Positions 1 to 10,964 of a stretch of 64,000 nt of DNA are shown in pieces. Position 1 is the stretch's first letter; each line of letters starts with the position of its first letter. This stretch comes from Chloroflexota bacterium (GTDB lineage: Bacteria > Chloroflexota > Dehalococcoidia > UBA2247 > RBG-13-53-26): contig PUNJ01000117.1 in assembly GCA_003551705.1 (NCBI GenBank), positions 8,041 through 72,040 on the forward strand, in the 5' to 3' direction. The notes under the pieces were generated by a model, which saw only the letters and a list, made by a program, of their open reading frames with translations, was not told the DNA's origin and did no database searches. A program made the translations under genes and the position numbers.

Positions 1-1212
1 GAACCCGAGTCCGCCAACATACGTGGGACGGGAAACCATTGGCCACGAGGTTGATTCTTCGGCCATCGTTTGAACGTCCGGGTAGTGCTCATAAACCTGC
101 TCATTGAACTTGCGCAGAAAATCTATGGCCTCCAGGTTCTCGTTTCCTCCGTACTTGTTGGGGATCCATTCACCGTTCTCACGGGAGTAGTCAAGATAAA
201 GCATTGAAGCCACAGCATCAACCCGGAGCCCGTCAATGTGGTACTTGTCCAGCCAGAACAGTGCACTGCTGAGGAGGAAGCTGCGTACCTCATTCCTGCC
301 ATAGTTGAAAATGAAACTCTTCCAGTCCGGATGGAACCCCTTTCTGTAGTCGGCATGTTCATACAGGTGAGTGCCATCGAAGAACCCTAGCCCATGCTCG
401 TCGGTGGGGAAGTGAGAGGGTACCCAGTCCAGGATCACGCCAATGCCGCACTGGTGAAGATAGTCCACCAGGTACATGAAGTCCTGAGGCTTGCCAAAGC
501 GGCTAGTAGGGGCGAAGTAGCCGGTCACCTGATATCCCCAAGAACCTGAGAAAGGATGCTCCATTACCGGCAGAAACTCAACGTGGGTGAACCCCATGGA
601 GATAACATGGTCCGCAAGTCTCGGGGCCAGTTCCCTGTAGGTGAGCCAGCGATGGCCATCTTCGGGCACTCGCAGCCAGGAGCCCAGATGGATCTCATAG
701 ATGGCAATGGGCGATTGCAGTGCGTGGCGACTGGCTCTGTCGGTCATCCAAGCGCTATCTTTCCAATCGTAGGTCAAGCTGGATACAACGGAAGCAGTAT
801 TGGGGGGCGGCTGACACCGAAAAGCCATCGGATCAGCCTTGTCTACGCTATAACCCTTGAAGTTGGACACTATGTGGTACTTGTAAAGAGTACCTGCTTC
901 CAAACCAGGCAGGAATCCCTCCCAGATACCTGATTGTCCCCGCGGCATCAACGGATGGCTGCTCTTGTGCCACTTATTGAAGTCCCCCATGACGCTGACC
1001 TGATTGGCATTTGGTGCCCATACGGCGAATTGAGTACCTACCACACCGTCTCTTTCCAGGATATGGGCTCCCAGCTTCTCGTACAGCCGCAAATGCGTAC
1101 CTTCGTTGAACAGATGCAAGTCATCCTCACTCAGCAAACTCACCTCGTAGTGCACCATTTCAGGTACGATCCTGTTAGTCTGCGGCAACATCCGGCCTCT
1201 TTGTTCTGTCAT
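1..1212 (-). CDS. glgB: 1,4-alpha-glucan branching enzyme GlgB (N-terminal about 400 aa; C-terminus runs off the window start)
   Basis: Own translation of minus strand from ATG at 1210..1212: [24 protein letters not shown]...[18 protein letters not shown]...[41 protein letters not shown]; classic GH13 GlgB motifs. Not in ORF track because it runs off the window edge; plus-strand ORFs 556..933 and 934..1257 are antisense artefacts. Confidence 0.9.
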   Translation of the reverse strand, partial: MTEQRGRMLPQTNRIVPEMVHYEVSLLSEDDLHLFNEGTHLRLYEKLGAHILERDGVVGTQFAVWAPNANQVSVMGDFNKWHKSSHPLMPRGQSGIWEGFLPGLEAGTLYKYHIVSNFKGYSVDKADPMAFRCQPPPNTASVVSSLTYDWKDSAWMTDRASRHALQSPIAIYEIHLGSWLRVPEDGHRWLTYRELAPRLADHVISMGFTHVEFLPVMEHPFSGSWGYQVTGYFAPTSRFGKPQDFMYLVDYLHQCGIGVILDWVPSHFPTDEHGLGFFDGTHLYEHADYRKGFHPDWKSFIFNYGRNEVRSFLLSSALFWLDKYHIDGLRVDAVASMLYLDYSRENGEWIPNKYGGNENLEAIDFLRKFNEQVYEHYPDVQTMAEESTSWPMVSRPTYVGGLGF

Positions 1213-3337
1213 CTTCTTGATCTCTCCTGCGCTTACGATTGCGGTCCACGGACCTGAGTATATCCCTTACGCCGGGCTTATCTCGGAACTCTTCCAGAGA
1301 GTACCGCGCCCTGCGTTTCCAGTTTGGATAGATTGATCCCCCTCCAGGGATATTCTGTGGCTCCTCTTCCAACCACAGGTCTTCCAGATTGACCACCACC
1401 ATCCGGGCTCCACTGGCCCCCAGAAAGGCCAAAGTACCGTTCAGTACCTCCGACACGCCGAATGAAGTCCCATGCAGAAAGCGCTTCTTCTGCAACACCT
1501 CAATCAAGTCAGACTTCATCTTCCGTCTCTGCAACTGTTCCTCCTGTTTGCCGGACTCGTTGAGCAGACCCAGGCTCAATCGTTGCTCGATATCCACGCC
1601 CTGCCAGAATCCGGCAAACGTCGGCATATCATGAGTATTGAGACTTGCCGCTGCATTCGAAGGTACGCTCAATCCAGGTCGACGGCTATTCTCCATGGCG
1701 AGTTCGTACTGTAGCACGTGCATGCGGTTTATCCCACGCTCCTTCAGTGCCCTGTTTATGTAGGCAGGGACCGTGCCCAGATTCTCACCTACCACACAAC
1801 ATTCGTGCCTGTGAGATTCCAGGTTAGTTATGGCATAGAACTCATCATCAGCATAACGGACATAGACCCCATCCCGGGCGCCCATGCCCTTTGGTATCCA
1901 ATATAACCTGTGAACGAACATCACGTGGTCAAGACGCAGTATCCCCTTGCGGCGCAGATGATGCCGCAAGCAGGCAATGTAGTAACTGTAACCCTGCCTT
2001 CTGAGTTGCTCCGGGTGAAGGGGAGGAAAACCCCAATTCTGCCCGCCCGAAAACACGGCATCGGGTGGCGCTCCTCCCGATGCATCGAGGGCGAAGGCGT
2101 TCTGATAGCGCCATGTATCATAACCTTCGGGGTCCACTCCCAGAGGAAAGTCCAGATATAGACCCATACTCTGACGGGCAGCATCCTCGAGCAAGCCTTC
2201 CATCTGCTCATGTATCAACCACTGTACGTACATGTAATACCGTTGCCGGTCTGGATCATAATCGCCCTCGTTCAATACTCCTTCCCGCAACCGCCCGGGC
2301 CACTGCTGCCAGGGTCGCTGCTGCTTTTCCAAAGTAGCACGAAATCGGGCATAATCCGCGACCATGGCATGACTCTTTGCAAATGCTTCCAATTCCTGGC
2401 GCCTGCCGGGAAGGTCCTCGTGACAGCACCTGCAGAGTTCCTCCATGACCAGCTTTCTCAAAGAACGCTCACGCTGGTACTTGATCAAGGGTGATTCGCG
2501 AAGCAAGCGTATCTCCTCCCTGAAGGCTTCAGAATCTAGCATAGTTCGGGCCGTAGAACAACCGGCCAGCTCGGGGATACTCTCAATATTGCAGTAGAAC
2601 TCATTCCAGAGTAGCCGGGTGGCGGGCTCGTACGGGCTTTCCTGTTCCGGAAAGGTCGCCAGCAAGGGGAGCGTGCCCACCATTTGGCCGCCCATCTCGC
2701 GCACCCATTCGATAAGCTTTCGCAAATCGGAAACGTCCCCGCTCTGCCAGCTCTGGTTACTGTGTAACGCATATAAAGGAACAAAAACACCCCAATTACG
2801 ATACACGCTTTCCCCATACGAGGGGTTATAGGCGCGGCGAGGAGCGGATACCAGGAGGGACTCGGTTCTGCTACCTCCGGCTTCCACTGTGAGTCGGTGA
2901 TATCCGAGTGGGATATCACGATCAACGTTGATTTCCTTCGCCAGAAAGAACCTTCCGTCAATGGCCTCTGACATGACCACCGGCGACGTGGAAGCATCCA
3001 ATATCCACTGTTGATGCTCACCATCTTCAAAATCGATTTCCACCACTAGCCTTGCTTCAAAGAGTGCCGAAGGCACGCGCACTTCTACAGGCGGCAAATT
3101 TCCCTCCCAGCACACTATGACCGGTTGAAGAGGTCGTTCCCAGTCAGAGATACACTTTTGACGCAAGGCCCCAATCACGTCTCCCAGAGTATGAACGGAA
3201 GCGCCAATCGAGCGCAACGCGGCAAACAATGATTCGTCCGAGGCTGGTTGCCGGCGCCGTTCCACATCAACATAGGAGGTCTGGATTCCATAGGCCCCAG
3301 CCAGGTCTCGCAGCAGGGCGAGGGTCTTTCTACTCAT
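1175..3337 (-). CDS. malQ: 4-alpha-glucanotransferase (amylomaltase, GH77) with about 200-aa N-terminal extension
   Basis: ORF 1175..3448; true start most likely ATG at 3335..3337 ([22 protein letters not shown]), 2 nt after treS-pep2 stop. The catalytic region runs from [19 protein letters not shown] through [24 protein letters not shown] to GENLGTVP, as in the amylomaltase family. Confidence 0.85.
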   Translation of the reverse strand: MSRKTLALLRDLAGAYGIQTSYVDVERRRQPASDESLFAALRSIGASVHTLGDVIGALRQKCISDWERPLQPVIVCWEGNLPPVEVRVPSALFEARLVVEIDFEDGEHQQWILDASTSPVVMSEAIDGRFFLAKEINVDRDIPLGYHRLTVEAGGSRTESLLVSAPRRAYNPSYGESVYRNWGVFVPLYALHSNQSWQSGDVSDLRKLIEWVREMGGQMVGTLPLLATFPEQESPYEPATRLLWNEFYCNIESIPELAGCSTARTMLDSEAFREEIRLLRESPLIKYQRERSLRKLVMEELCRCCHEDLPGRRQELEAFAKSHAMVADYARFRATLEKQQRPWQQWPGRLREGVLNEGDYDPDRQRYYMYVQWLIHEQMEGLLEDAARQSMGLYLDFPLGVDPEGYDTWRYQNAFALDASGGAPPDAVFSGGQNWGFPPLHPEQLRRQGYSYYIACLRHHLRRKGILRLDHVMFVHRLYWIPKGMGARDGVYVRYADDEFYAITNLESHRHECCVVGENLGTVPAYINRALKERGINRMHVLQYELAMENSRRPGLSVPSNAAASLNTHDMPTFAGFWQGVDIEQRLSLGLLNESGKQEEQLQRRKMKSDLIEVLQKKRFLHGTSFGVSEVLNGTLAFLGASGARMVVVNLEDLWLEEEPQNIPGGGSIYPNWKRRARYSLEEFRDKPGVRDILRSVDRNRKRRRDQEDDRTKRPDVAAD

Positions 3338-6300
3338 CCTCGCCCTCCATAAGGTCAATAATTCCTTCCAGCGGGACCATTGTCCAATCAGGCCGGTTGT
3401 TGAGCTCATACGTGATCTCGTAAAGGGCCTTTTCCAGAAGGTAGGCATTTAGCAGTGTAACAAATTCCTCTTCGTCCCGCGGCAGAAGTCCCGAATTCTC
3501 CGCCACGTCCAGATACGCCCGCAGAAAGGCGGCAGACACCCATTCGTACCACGCCTTACTCCATTGCTTCAGTACCGGTACGTCTTCTGTGCGAATCACT
3601 GTAGGTGCCTGCCCCATAACGGCTGCGCAGGCTACATAATGAAAGGACCTGATCATGCCCGCAACATCCTTAAGGGGTGTCCGCTTCAATCTCCGCTCGC
3701 TGACAGGCCGCGTGGGTTCTCCTTCAAAATCTATGATGACGAATTCCCGCCCGGTATAGAGCACCTGTCCCAGATGGTAGTCTCCGTGGATGCGCGTGCG
3801 CATGGCATTAATCCTTTTCCTGCGAACTGCAGCGAGGCGGGACATTATGGAGCTCTCCAATCTCAATACCTTTTCCGCATCTTCCCGACCTTCCGGGGTG
3901 AGACTATTCAAGTTCTCCTTAATAAGATTCAGCCCGTGTACAGCGATACTTCTCATCGAGTGATACATCGATCTTTGGTAGATGACCGAAAATGGCTCAG
4001 GGGCGAAGTTCGGATCTTCCCAATCCAGCGACAGCGCAAGGTGCATTTCTGCCGTTTGCTGTCCAAGCAGTCTGGCGGCCTCCAGGTAAGGCCCTATGCC
4101 TTCCTCTACTGATTCCGGCAAATCACCCGTGTTATCCATCGTCAACCAATCGTGCTTCGGAGCAGAGGGCACTTCTCCCATGATAAGTATTCTCTCAAAC
4201 GACCGGGCCAGTGCATCCAGCGTGTAATTCCACGCTACCTCGGCATTCTTGATATAACCATGCAGGATGCCAACGGTCATCGTGCGTTCCGGATCCCTTC
4301 CGGCATGATACTCCAAAGCTCCGGCGAGCGGGGGTACATGGGGGAAAGCTACCTTCTCCGTTAAGAAGCGCCCAATTTCCAACTCTGGGTTGATCTGCAG
4401 GCTGACTCGCCGGTACAGCTTCATCATGAATCGATCGCCGAATAACACAGATGTGTTGGTCTGCTCAACCGTTAGTTTGGCAGGTTCCGGAACTTCATCC
4501 GCTGGCCCTCTCAGCCGCCGGAAGATGCCACTGGGACTGGCGTGTATCTCTCCGAATTCCCCTTTGAACCTCCGGCGACGGCCTATGGACTCCAATAACG
4601 ACGAAGTAAAGCCTTTGTTGACCATGGCGTCGTAAATCACGGCTTCGGAATCGCCATTGAGATCCTTGAACTTGACCCGTCCTACCACGGCACTGGGGAA
4701 ATCCGATTGGATTCGGGCTGCGTCCATATCGGTAGCCATATGAAGAGGGAGGATGTAGCGCTCCGGTTCACCTTGAGTGTACTCCACCCTGAGCAGCAGC
4801 AGGTATACTACTGCATGAGTGTAAGGCATGGGCACAATATCCTCGATCGTGGCCGACTGCATCCGGCGCGCTTTCCCTCCGTACCACCGTCGCTTCTGAA
4901 TGAAATACGAAAGTACCTGCTCAAGCGGCATGCGACCGTGAGGTCTGAAAAGGTCCTCCCATTTCCCTGTTGTTGTTAATGTGGGCAGTGGATGACTTTG
5001 GAGCGCATCATACGGCGATGTCCCCTCCGTTGCCGGTTCAAGTGAGAACCAGTAGAAAGCATAGGCACTCAGGGTCATGAAATAGGGATTGTCCGTAATC
5101 GGGGGAAACTCCGATCGACCAAATAACTCCGTAGGCACCCGCCCCCTGTAATTGCCAAGATTCAAGGTTGTGTGTTGTGCCACTCGTGAGAGATTGGCCA
5201 CTATGAGCACAGTCTCCTCTTGGTACCTGCGGACAAAGGCCAGCACCTTCGGATTTTCCGGGTAAAGGAATTCCAGGCTCCCTCGCCCAAAGGCCTTGAA
5301 CCGCTTTCTCATTGCGATCAGGCGCTTCATCCACCACAGCAGCGAGTCCGGGTTTCTTTGCTGCGACTCCGCATTGACAGCTTCATAGTGGTACTCCGGG
5401 TCGATTATCACGGGCAGGTACAGCCGTTGTGGATTGGCAAGGGAAAACCCTGCATTTCGATCGGAACTCCACTGCATCGGTGTGCGCACCCCGTTTCGAT
5501 CACCCAGGTAGAAATTGTCTCCCATCCCGATCTCGTCACCGTAGTAGATGATCGGCGTCCCGGGGAGAGAGAAGAGCAGGCTGTTCATAAGTTCGATCTT
5601 CTTGCGATCGTTGTTCAGCAATGGCGCCAAGCGGCGCCGTATACCAAGATTGATCCTGGCAAGAGGGTCGTGAGCATACACACGGTACATGTAGTCCCTC
5701 TCCTCATCCGTGACCATTTCCAGCGTTAACTCATCATGGTTGCGCAAAAACAGGGCCCATTGGCAGTTATCCGGGATGACTGGTGTTTGCTGGATTATAT
5801 CCATGATAGGAAACCGGTCTTCCATACGAATGGCCATGAATAGCCGGGGCATTATGGGAAACTGGAAAGCCATATGACATTCATCGCCATCCCCAAAGTA
5901 GTCGGCGGCATCCTCGGGCCACTGGTTTGCTTCGGCCAGCAACATCCGGCCCTTGAAACGTTCATCCACATGCTTACGGAGACTCTTTAGAAAAGCATGC
6001 GTCTCCGGCAGGTTCTCGCAGTTGGTACCCTCCCGCTGGTAAAGATAAGGCACGGCATCAAGACGCAATCCCGAAACTCCTTGATTGAACCAGAAATCGA
6101 CCGTTCGTAGCATGGCCCGCCGCACAGACGCTCTGTCATAGTTGAGGTCCGGCTGGTGCGAATAGAAACGATGCCAGTAATAGGCTTTGGCGACAGGGTC
6201 CCACGACCAGTTCGAAGCTTCAAAATCGCCGAATATAACCCGTGCATCACCATATCGTTCCGCAGTATCACTCCACACGTAATATTCCCGCCAGACTGTT

Positions 6301-6695
6301 CCGGACTCCGCACGCTTCGCTTTCTGGAACCATGGATGAGCGTCCGAAGTGTGGTTCAATACAAGTTCGGTGATCACTTTCAACCCTCGACGACGGGCTG
6401 CCTGCAGGAAATTCTTGAAGTCCCGCAAGGTGCCATAGGACGGATGCACATCTGTGTAATCGGCGATGTCGTACCCGTCGTCCTTCAGTGGAGATGGATT
6501 GAAAGGCAGCAGCCAGATGGCGGTCACACCCAAGTCCTGTAAATAGTCGAGCTTCTCGGCCAGACCAGCAAAATCGCCGATACCATCACCGTCGCTATCC
6601 TTATATGCCCTGACGTGCAACTCGTATATTATCGCGTCCTTGTACCAAAGCGGGTCGTCATCGGTCCATGTCAATTGTCTTCTCTGCTTTTCCAC
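3330..6695 (-). CDS. treS-pep2: trehalose synthase / maltokinase fusion (TreS-Pep2, 1121 aa)
   Basis: N-terminal half GH13 trehalose synthase (DPLWYKDAIIYELHVRAYKDSDGDGIGDF, LLPFNPSPLKDDGYDIADY). C-terminal about 450 aa are a maltokinase / aminoglycoside-phosphotransferase-like domain. Size and order match known TreS-Mak fusions. Confidence 0.85.
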   Translation of the reverse strand: MEKQRRQLTWTDDDPLWYKDAIIYELHVRAYKDSDGDGIGDFAGLAEKLDYLQDLGVTAIWLLPFNPSPLKDDGYDIADYTDVHPSYGTLRDFKNFLQAARRRGLKVITELVLNHTSDAHPWFQKAKRAESGTVWREYYVWSDTAERYGDARVIFGDFEASNWSWDPVAKAYYWHRFYSHQPDLNYDRASVRRAMLRTVDFWFNQGVSGLRLDAVPYLYQREGTNCENLPETHAFLKSLRKHVDERFKGRMLLAEANQWPEDAADYFGDGDECHMAFQFPIMPRLFMAIRMEDRFPIMDIIQQTPVIPDNCQWALFLRNHDELTLEMVTDEERDYMYRVYAHDPLARINLGIRRRLAPLLNNDRKKIELMNSLLFSLPGTPIIYYGDEIGMGDNFYLGDRNGVRTPMQWSSDRNAGFSLANPQRLYLPVIIDPEYHYEAVNAESQQRNPDSLLWWMKRLIAMRKRFKAFGRGSLEFLYPENPKVLAFVRRYQEETVLIVANLSRVAQHTTLNLGNYRGRVPTELFGRSEFPPITDNPYFMTLSAYAFYWFSLEPATEGTSPYDALQSHPLPTLTTTGKWEDLFRPHGRMPLEQVLSYFIQKRRWYGGKARRMQSATIEDIVPMPYTHAVVYLLLLRVEYTQGEPERYILPLHMATDMDAARIQSDFPSAVVGRVKFKDLNGDSEAVIYDAMVNKGFTSSLLESIGRRRRFKGEFGEIHASPSGIFRRLRGPADEVPEPAKLTVEQTNTSVLFGDRFMMKLYRRVSLQINPELEIGRFLTEKVAFPHVPPLAGALEYHAGRDPERTMTVGILHGYIKNAEVAWNYTLDALARSFERILIMGEVPSAPKHDWLTMDNTGDLPESVEEGIGPYLEAARLLGQQTAEMHLALSLDWEDPNFAPEPFSVIYQRSMYHSMRSIAVHGLNLIKENLNSLTPEGREDAEKVLRLESSIMSRLAAVRRKRINAMRTRIHGDYHLGQVLYTGREFVIIDFEGEPTRPVSERRLKRTPLKDVAGMIRSFHYVACAAVMGQAPTVIRTEDVPVLKQWSKAWYEWVSAAFLRAYLDVAENSGLLPRDEEEFVTLLNAYLLEKALYEITYELNNRPDWTMVPLEGIIDLMEGEDE

Positions 6696-6737
6696 GGAAT
6701 AACACTCTCCAGGTCTCCAGTTTTGCAGAAGCGCCTG

Positions 6738-8753
6738 CTACCCTCGCGGGTTGGCTGGTAGTCGAAAAATATGAGCTGGAGCCACATGAGGATTAAGCTC
6801 CACGTAATTGCGCGGCCCATGCCAGATATAGCAGGACCCATCCATCAGGTCACACAGTTCATAAGGCTCCAGAGGATCGATCCCCAGGAATTCGAGAGGC
6901 AGGTTAACCCAGCCCGATTGTACGTAAACGTAGTCGAGGTTCGCAATGACGAGAATAACATTAGACCTGTCCCTGCTTTGTTTACTGTAGCATAACAGCA
7001 GTTCGTTATCGATGGGGTGGAAGCGGACATTACCATCCATCTGCAACGCCTTGTTGTCCTTCCGCACCTGGTTTACCTGGGTGATAAAGTCCTTCAGGCT
7101 ATGAGCGCTTTCCAGGTCCCAATTCTTTATCTCGTACTTCTCCGAGTTCAAGTACTCTTCGCTGCCTGGCTCCTTCGCAACATTTTCGCACAATTCGAAA
7201 GCCGGCCCATAGATACCATAGCTAGGCGACAGGGTTGCCGCCAGGACCAACCGTATCATGAAAGCCGGTCGTCCGCCAACCTGCATATACCCCGTCAATA
7301 TGTCCGGAGTATTCGGCCACAGATTGGGACGAAAGTATTCATGCACTGCCGTCTCGTTCAACTCGCGAAAATACTCAGTCAATTCCCATTTGGTATTGCG
7401 CCAGGCAAAATACGTGTACGACTGGGTGAAGCCAAGCTTGGCCAGCCGGTACATTATCTTCGGTCGTGTAAAAGCCTCTGACAAGAAAATGACTTCAGGA
7501 AACCGGCCTTTGATATCCCCTATCAACCATTCCCAGAACCCGAATGGTTTGGTATGAGGATTATCAACCCTGAACATGCGCACACCCTGTTCTATCCAGA
7601 AGAGCACCACACTTCGCAGCTCTTCCCACAACTCCGGCCACCTGTCGGTACCAAAGTCCACAGGATATATATCCTGATACTTCTTTGGCGGGTTTTCAGC
7701 GAATTGTATGGTGCCGTCGGGCCTCCAGCGAAACCATTCCGGATGCTCCTTGACCCACGGATGATCAGGAGAACACTGGATGGACAAGTCCATGGCTATC
7801 TCCATGCCATGCCCATGAGCTGTTGCCAGGAGACTGCGAAAGTCGTCCAGATCTCCCAACCGGGGTTCGATGGATTTGTGTCCGCCCGCCTCGCCGCCAA
7901 TCGCCCAGGGGCTTCCCGGATCATCCGATCTTGCAACGGGAGCGTTGTTCCTGCCCTTGCGATTAGTCGACCCGATTGGATGTATGGGAGGCAGATAGAG
8001 CACGTCAAAACCCATCGAAGCCACATACTCCAAATGGTTTTCGCAGTCCTTCAAGGTGCCGTGCCAGCCCGGTTCCTGTGAGCAGGATCTCGGAAAAAGT
8101 TCGTACCAAGTGCCATAACGTGCCTTGTCCCGGTCGACCGTAACGCGCAGGTCCTTTGGATAGCTTGCGGCACTCCTTCTATCCTGCCATTTCGATGCCA
8201 GCAGGCCCAGCCTGTCCGCCATGGCCAGGTCTACCCTCGTGCTCTGGCTCAGACTCTCATCTCGCAGTATTGTCGCCCAGCCGTCCAGAAATGCGGCCTC
8301 CTCTCCGCCGGCCCTTCTGCATGACTGCATCAAGAGTTCCGCACCCATAAGAAGCTCCACAGCTACGTCCAAGCCGGCTGCAACCTTCTTCTCAAGGTCA
8401 CGACGCCAGGTTATGAACTCGTTTACCCATGCCATGAAGGTATACAAGTACGTACCAAGGCAAAGGACCGGGAAGCCGCCGCGCCAGCGATCATTTACCA
8501 GCATTTGCATGGGCACCTCAGTCCATTCATCTTCTGCGCTATGCCTGTACAGCAGAACGGCTGAAAGCTCGTCATGGCCATCAGCAAATATATCCGCCTC
8601 CAGCTGCACAGTGTCACCCACGATGCGCTTGATGGGAAATCGGCCATCATCAATCTCCGGAACTACGCCTTCGATGACCACGCGCCTTTTGCCAACATCA
8701 GCATCGGCAGAAATTTCTTGAGAGAATCCTCTTGGTCCAAGGCTAAGATTCAT
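6738..8753 (-). CDS. glgE: alpha-1,4-glucan:maltose-1-phosphate maltosyltransferase GlgE
   Basis: 671 aa; N-terminus RVVIEGVVPEIDDGRFPIKRIVGDTV typical of GlgE; GH13-like core. Confidence 0.85.
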   Translation of the reverse strand: MNLSLGPRGFSQEISADADVGKRRVVIEGVVPEIDDGRFPIKRIVGDTVQLEADIFADGHDELSAVLLYRHSAEDEWTEVPMQMLVNDRWRGGFPVLCLGTYLYTFMAWVNEFITWRRDLEKKVAAGLDVAVELLMGAELLMQSCRRAGGEEAAFLDGWATILRDESLSQSTRVDLAMADRLGLLASKWQDRRSAASYPKDLRVTVDRDKARYGTWYELFPRSCSQEPGWHGTLKDCENHLEYVASMGFDVLYLPPIHPIGSTNRKGRNNAPVARSDDPGSPWAIGGEAGGHKSIEPRLGDLDDFRSLLATAHGHGMEIAMDLSIQCSPDHPWVKEHPEWFRWRPDGTIQFAENPPKKYQDIYPVDFGTDRWPELWEELRSVVLFWIEQGVRMFRVDNPHTKPFGFWEWLIGDIKGRFPEVIFLSEAFTRPKIMYRLAKLGFTQSYTYFAWRNTKWELTEYFRELNETAVHEYFRPNLWPNTPDILTGYMQVGGRPAFMIRLVLAATLSPSYGIYGPAFELCENVAKEPGSEEYLNSEKYEIKNWDLESAHSLKDFITQVNQVRKDNKALQMDGNVRFHPIDNELLLCYSKQSRDRSNVILVIANLDYVYVQSGWVNLPLEFLGIDPLEPYELCDLMDGSCYIWHGPRNYVELNPHVAPAHIFRLPANPRG

Positions 8754-8792
8754 ACGTGTAAATATTATAGCGGAGGCTATAGCGATAGGGGG

Positions 8793-10934
8793 TTATAAGT
8801 GCTTCTCCATTATGGGCACGTACGTTTGCTCCGCATATTCCTTCATCATACGCCTGGCACAGAAGAATGGGGCCACGGACTTGATAGACTCTTTCATTAT
8901 AGCAGTCCACTTGCGAGGCAGGCCGACGCGGTCCCGGTCATAGTACATGGGTACGACCTCATTTTCGAGCAGGCTGTACAAGGCAGCAGCATCAATTTCG
9001 TCTTCTTCAGGAGGACCGGAAGTCAACTCCACCGGGCCAATGACCCAGCCGTTATTGCCGTTGTAGCCTTCACGCCACCACCCGTCCAGAACGCTGAGAT
9101 GCAAGACTCCGTTAATAGCAGCTTTCATGCCGCTCGTCCCGGAGGCCTCATGTAATCGACGAGGAGTATTGAGCCACACATCCACCCCTTGGACCAGATA
9201 ATGTGCCATATGCATATCATAGTCTTCCACGAACGCTATCCTGCCTTGGAAGTCTCGGTCTCGCGCCAGACCGTGGGCCTGTTGCAGAAGCAGCTTGGAA
9301 GCGTAGTCAGCCGGATGCGATTTGCCAGCAAATATAATTTGCACCGGCCGGGTCCTGTCAGTTATCAAGGACTTGAGTCGATCTATGTCTCGAAATATGA
9401 GCGTAGGCCGCTTATACTCAGCAAATCGTCGTACGAAGCCGATAGTGAGAACCTCTGGATGTATCAAAGCCCCCATACTCAGCACATGATCGGGTGAGAG
9501 CGCGGCCTCCGCCCAGCGATCGTGAATACGCTCGTCCATGTTAGTGACCAACTTCCTCTTAAGATGCTGGTGCACCGACCAGAGTTCATTGTCAGGCACC
9601 ATCTCCATTAGAGACCATAAGGATGCGTCGTCTTGCCGTTCCACAAGATTAGAAATGTCACCACCACACAAATGTTTGGCAAGAAGTGTGGCAATTTCCG
9701 GTGCCATCCAAGTTGGACCATGGACGCCGTTGGTCATATGGATGAGAGGGACTTCATGCTCCAGGCGATCAGGCCACAGAACATTCCACATCCTCCGCGA
9801 GACCTCACCGTGCAGCTTGCTCACTGCATTACGATAACCGGCCGTACGCAGAGCCAGCACAGTCATGTTGAACCCGTCGCTCAAAGGGCTACCATACTTG
9901 CCCAGCGCCAGGAACCTTTCTCTATCAATGCCCAAAGCATCCCGGTAGCGGGCGAAGTATTTATCTACTAGTTCGTCAGGAAAGACATCATGTCCCGCCG
10001 GCACGGGCGTATGAGTCGTGAACACAGTAGTCGAACGTACGCTCTCCAGTGCCTCCTCAAAAGGTACGCCCTTGATCTCTACTTCCTCCCTGATTCTCTC
10101 AAGCATCATGAAGGACGTATGCCCTTCATTGGCATGCCAAACCGCCGGACTTATACCCAGGTTTCGCAATACCCGCACGCCACCAATGCCCAACAGCATC
10201 TCCTGCTGTATGCGGTGTTCCTGGTCAGCGATGTATAACCTTGCTGATAGATCTCGGTCAAGGGGATGGTTCTTCTCCACATTGGTATCCAGCAAATACA
10301 ACTCCACCCTACCCAGGCGCACACGCCAGACGCCTAAGTACAGCGCCTTCCGGTCCAGTTCCACGCGTGTCACGCCTTCGCCCTCCAGTAACACGGGTTC
10401 CACCGGTGCGTCTTTGAACTCCAATTTCGAGTAAACCTCCTGCTGCCAGCCGTCACCCGCTATGTGCTGGTGGAAGTAACCCTGCGGGTACATGAACCCT
10501 ATGCCCACCATACCTATGCCGAGGTCGCAAGCCTCCTTACACAAATCGCCTGCGAGAATCCCCAGTCCACCCGCATATATAGGGAGGGAATTATGTATCG
10601 CATACTCAGCCGAAAAATAGGCAACTTGACGCGTGGCAAGATGCGAATGACGTGCAGCCATCCACGAATTGGTGCCGCTCATGGCCTGATCGAATTGCTC
10701 GATCACCTGGTCATACAGCTGCAGGAAAGACTCGTCGGTGCTGACAGCCTCCAGCCTGTCCGGGGCCATGGAATTGAGCTGTTTTACGGGATTGTGTCCG
10801 TTAAGACGCCAAGTGGGATAGTCCAACGAACGGAACAACTGGCGTGCATTTGGATGCCAGGACCACCACAAATTACTCGCTATCTCCCTGAGCCGGCCTA
10901 TGCGCTCAGGTAGTCTAGGTTGGCCCACACCCAT
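8793..10934 (-). CDS. glgP: alpha-glucan phosphorylase (GT35, about 710-aa short type)
   Basis: 713 aa; WWSWHPNARQLFRSLDYPTW, FSAEYAIHNSLPIYAGGLGILAGD, PLP-Lys region; archaeal/Thermotoga-type maltodextrin phosphorylase family. Confidence 0.85.
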   Translation of the reverse strand: MGVGQPRLPERIGRLREIASNLWWSWHPNARQLFRSLDYPTWRLNGHNPVKQLNSMAPDRLEAVSTDESFLQLYDQVIEQFDQAMSGTNSWMAARHSHLATRQVAYFSAEYAIHNSLPIYAGGLGILAGDLCKEACDLGIGMVGIGFMYPQGYFHQHIAGDGWQQEVYSKLEFKDAPVEPVLLEGEGVTRVELDRKALYLGVWRVRLGRVELYLLDTNVEKNHPLDRDLSARLYIADQEHRIQQEMLLGIGGVRVLRNLGISPAVWHANEGHTSFMMLERIREEVEIKGVPFEEALESVRSTTVFTTHTPVPAGHDVFPDELVDKYFARYRDALGIDRERFLALGKYGSPLSDGFNMTVLALRTAGYRNAVSKLHGEVSRRMWNVLWPDRLEHEVPLIHMTNGVHGPTWMAPEIATLLAKHLCGGDISNLVERQDDASLWSLMEMVPDNELWSVHQHLKRKLVTNMDERIHDRWAEAALSPDHVLSMGALIHPEVLTIGFVRRFAEYKRPTLIFRDIDRLKSLITDRTRPVQIIFAGKSHPADYASKLLLQQAHGLARDRDFQGRIAFVEDYDMHMAHYLVQGVDVWLNTPRRLHEASGTSGMKAAINGVLHLSVLDGWWREGYNGNNGWVIGPVELTSGPPEEDEIDAAALYSLLENEVVPMYYDRDRVGLPRKWTAIMKESIKSVAPFFCARRMMKEYAEQTYVPIMEKHL

Positions 10935-10964
10935 CTAATCTACCCCTGCCCCCTGCAACCCATT

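Noticed and set aside
556-1257. Plus-strand ORFs 556..933 and 934..1257 (and minus ORF 123..377 in another frame) at the window start
   Set aside because: They lie antisense to, or out of frame with, the clearly translatable glgB reading frame (minus strand, 1..1212). They are artefacts of a GC-rich gene; glgB itself is absent from the ORF track only because it runs off the window edge.
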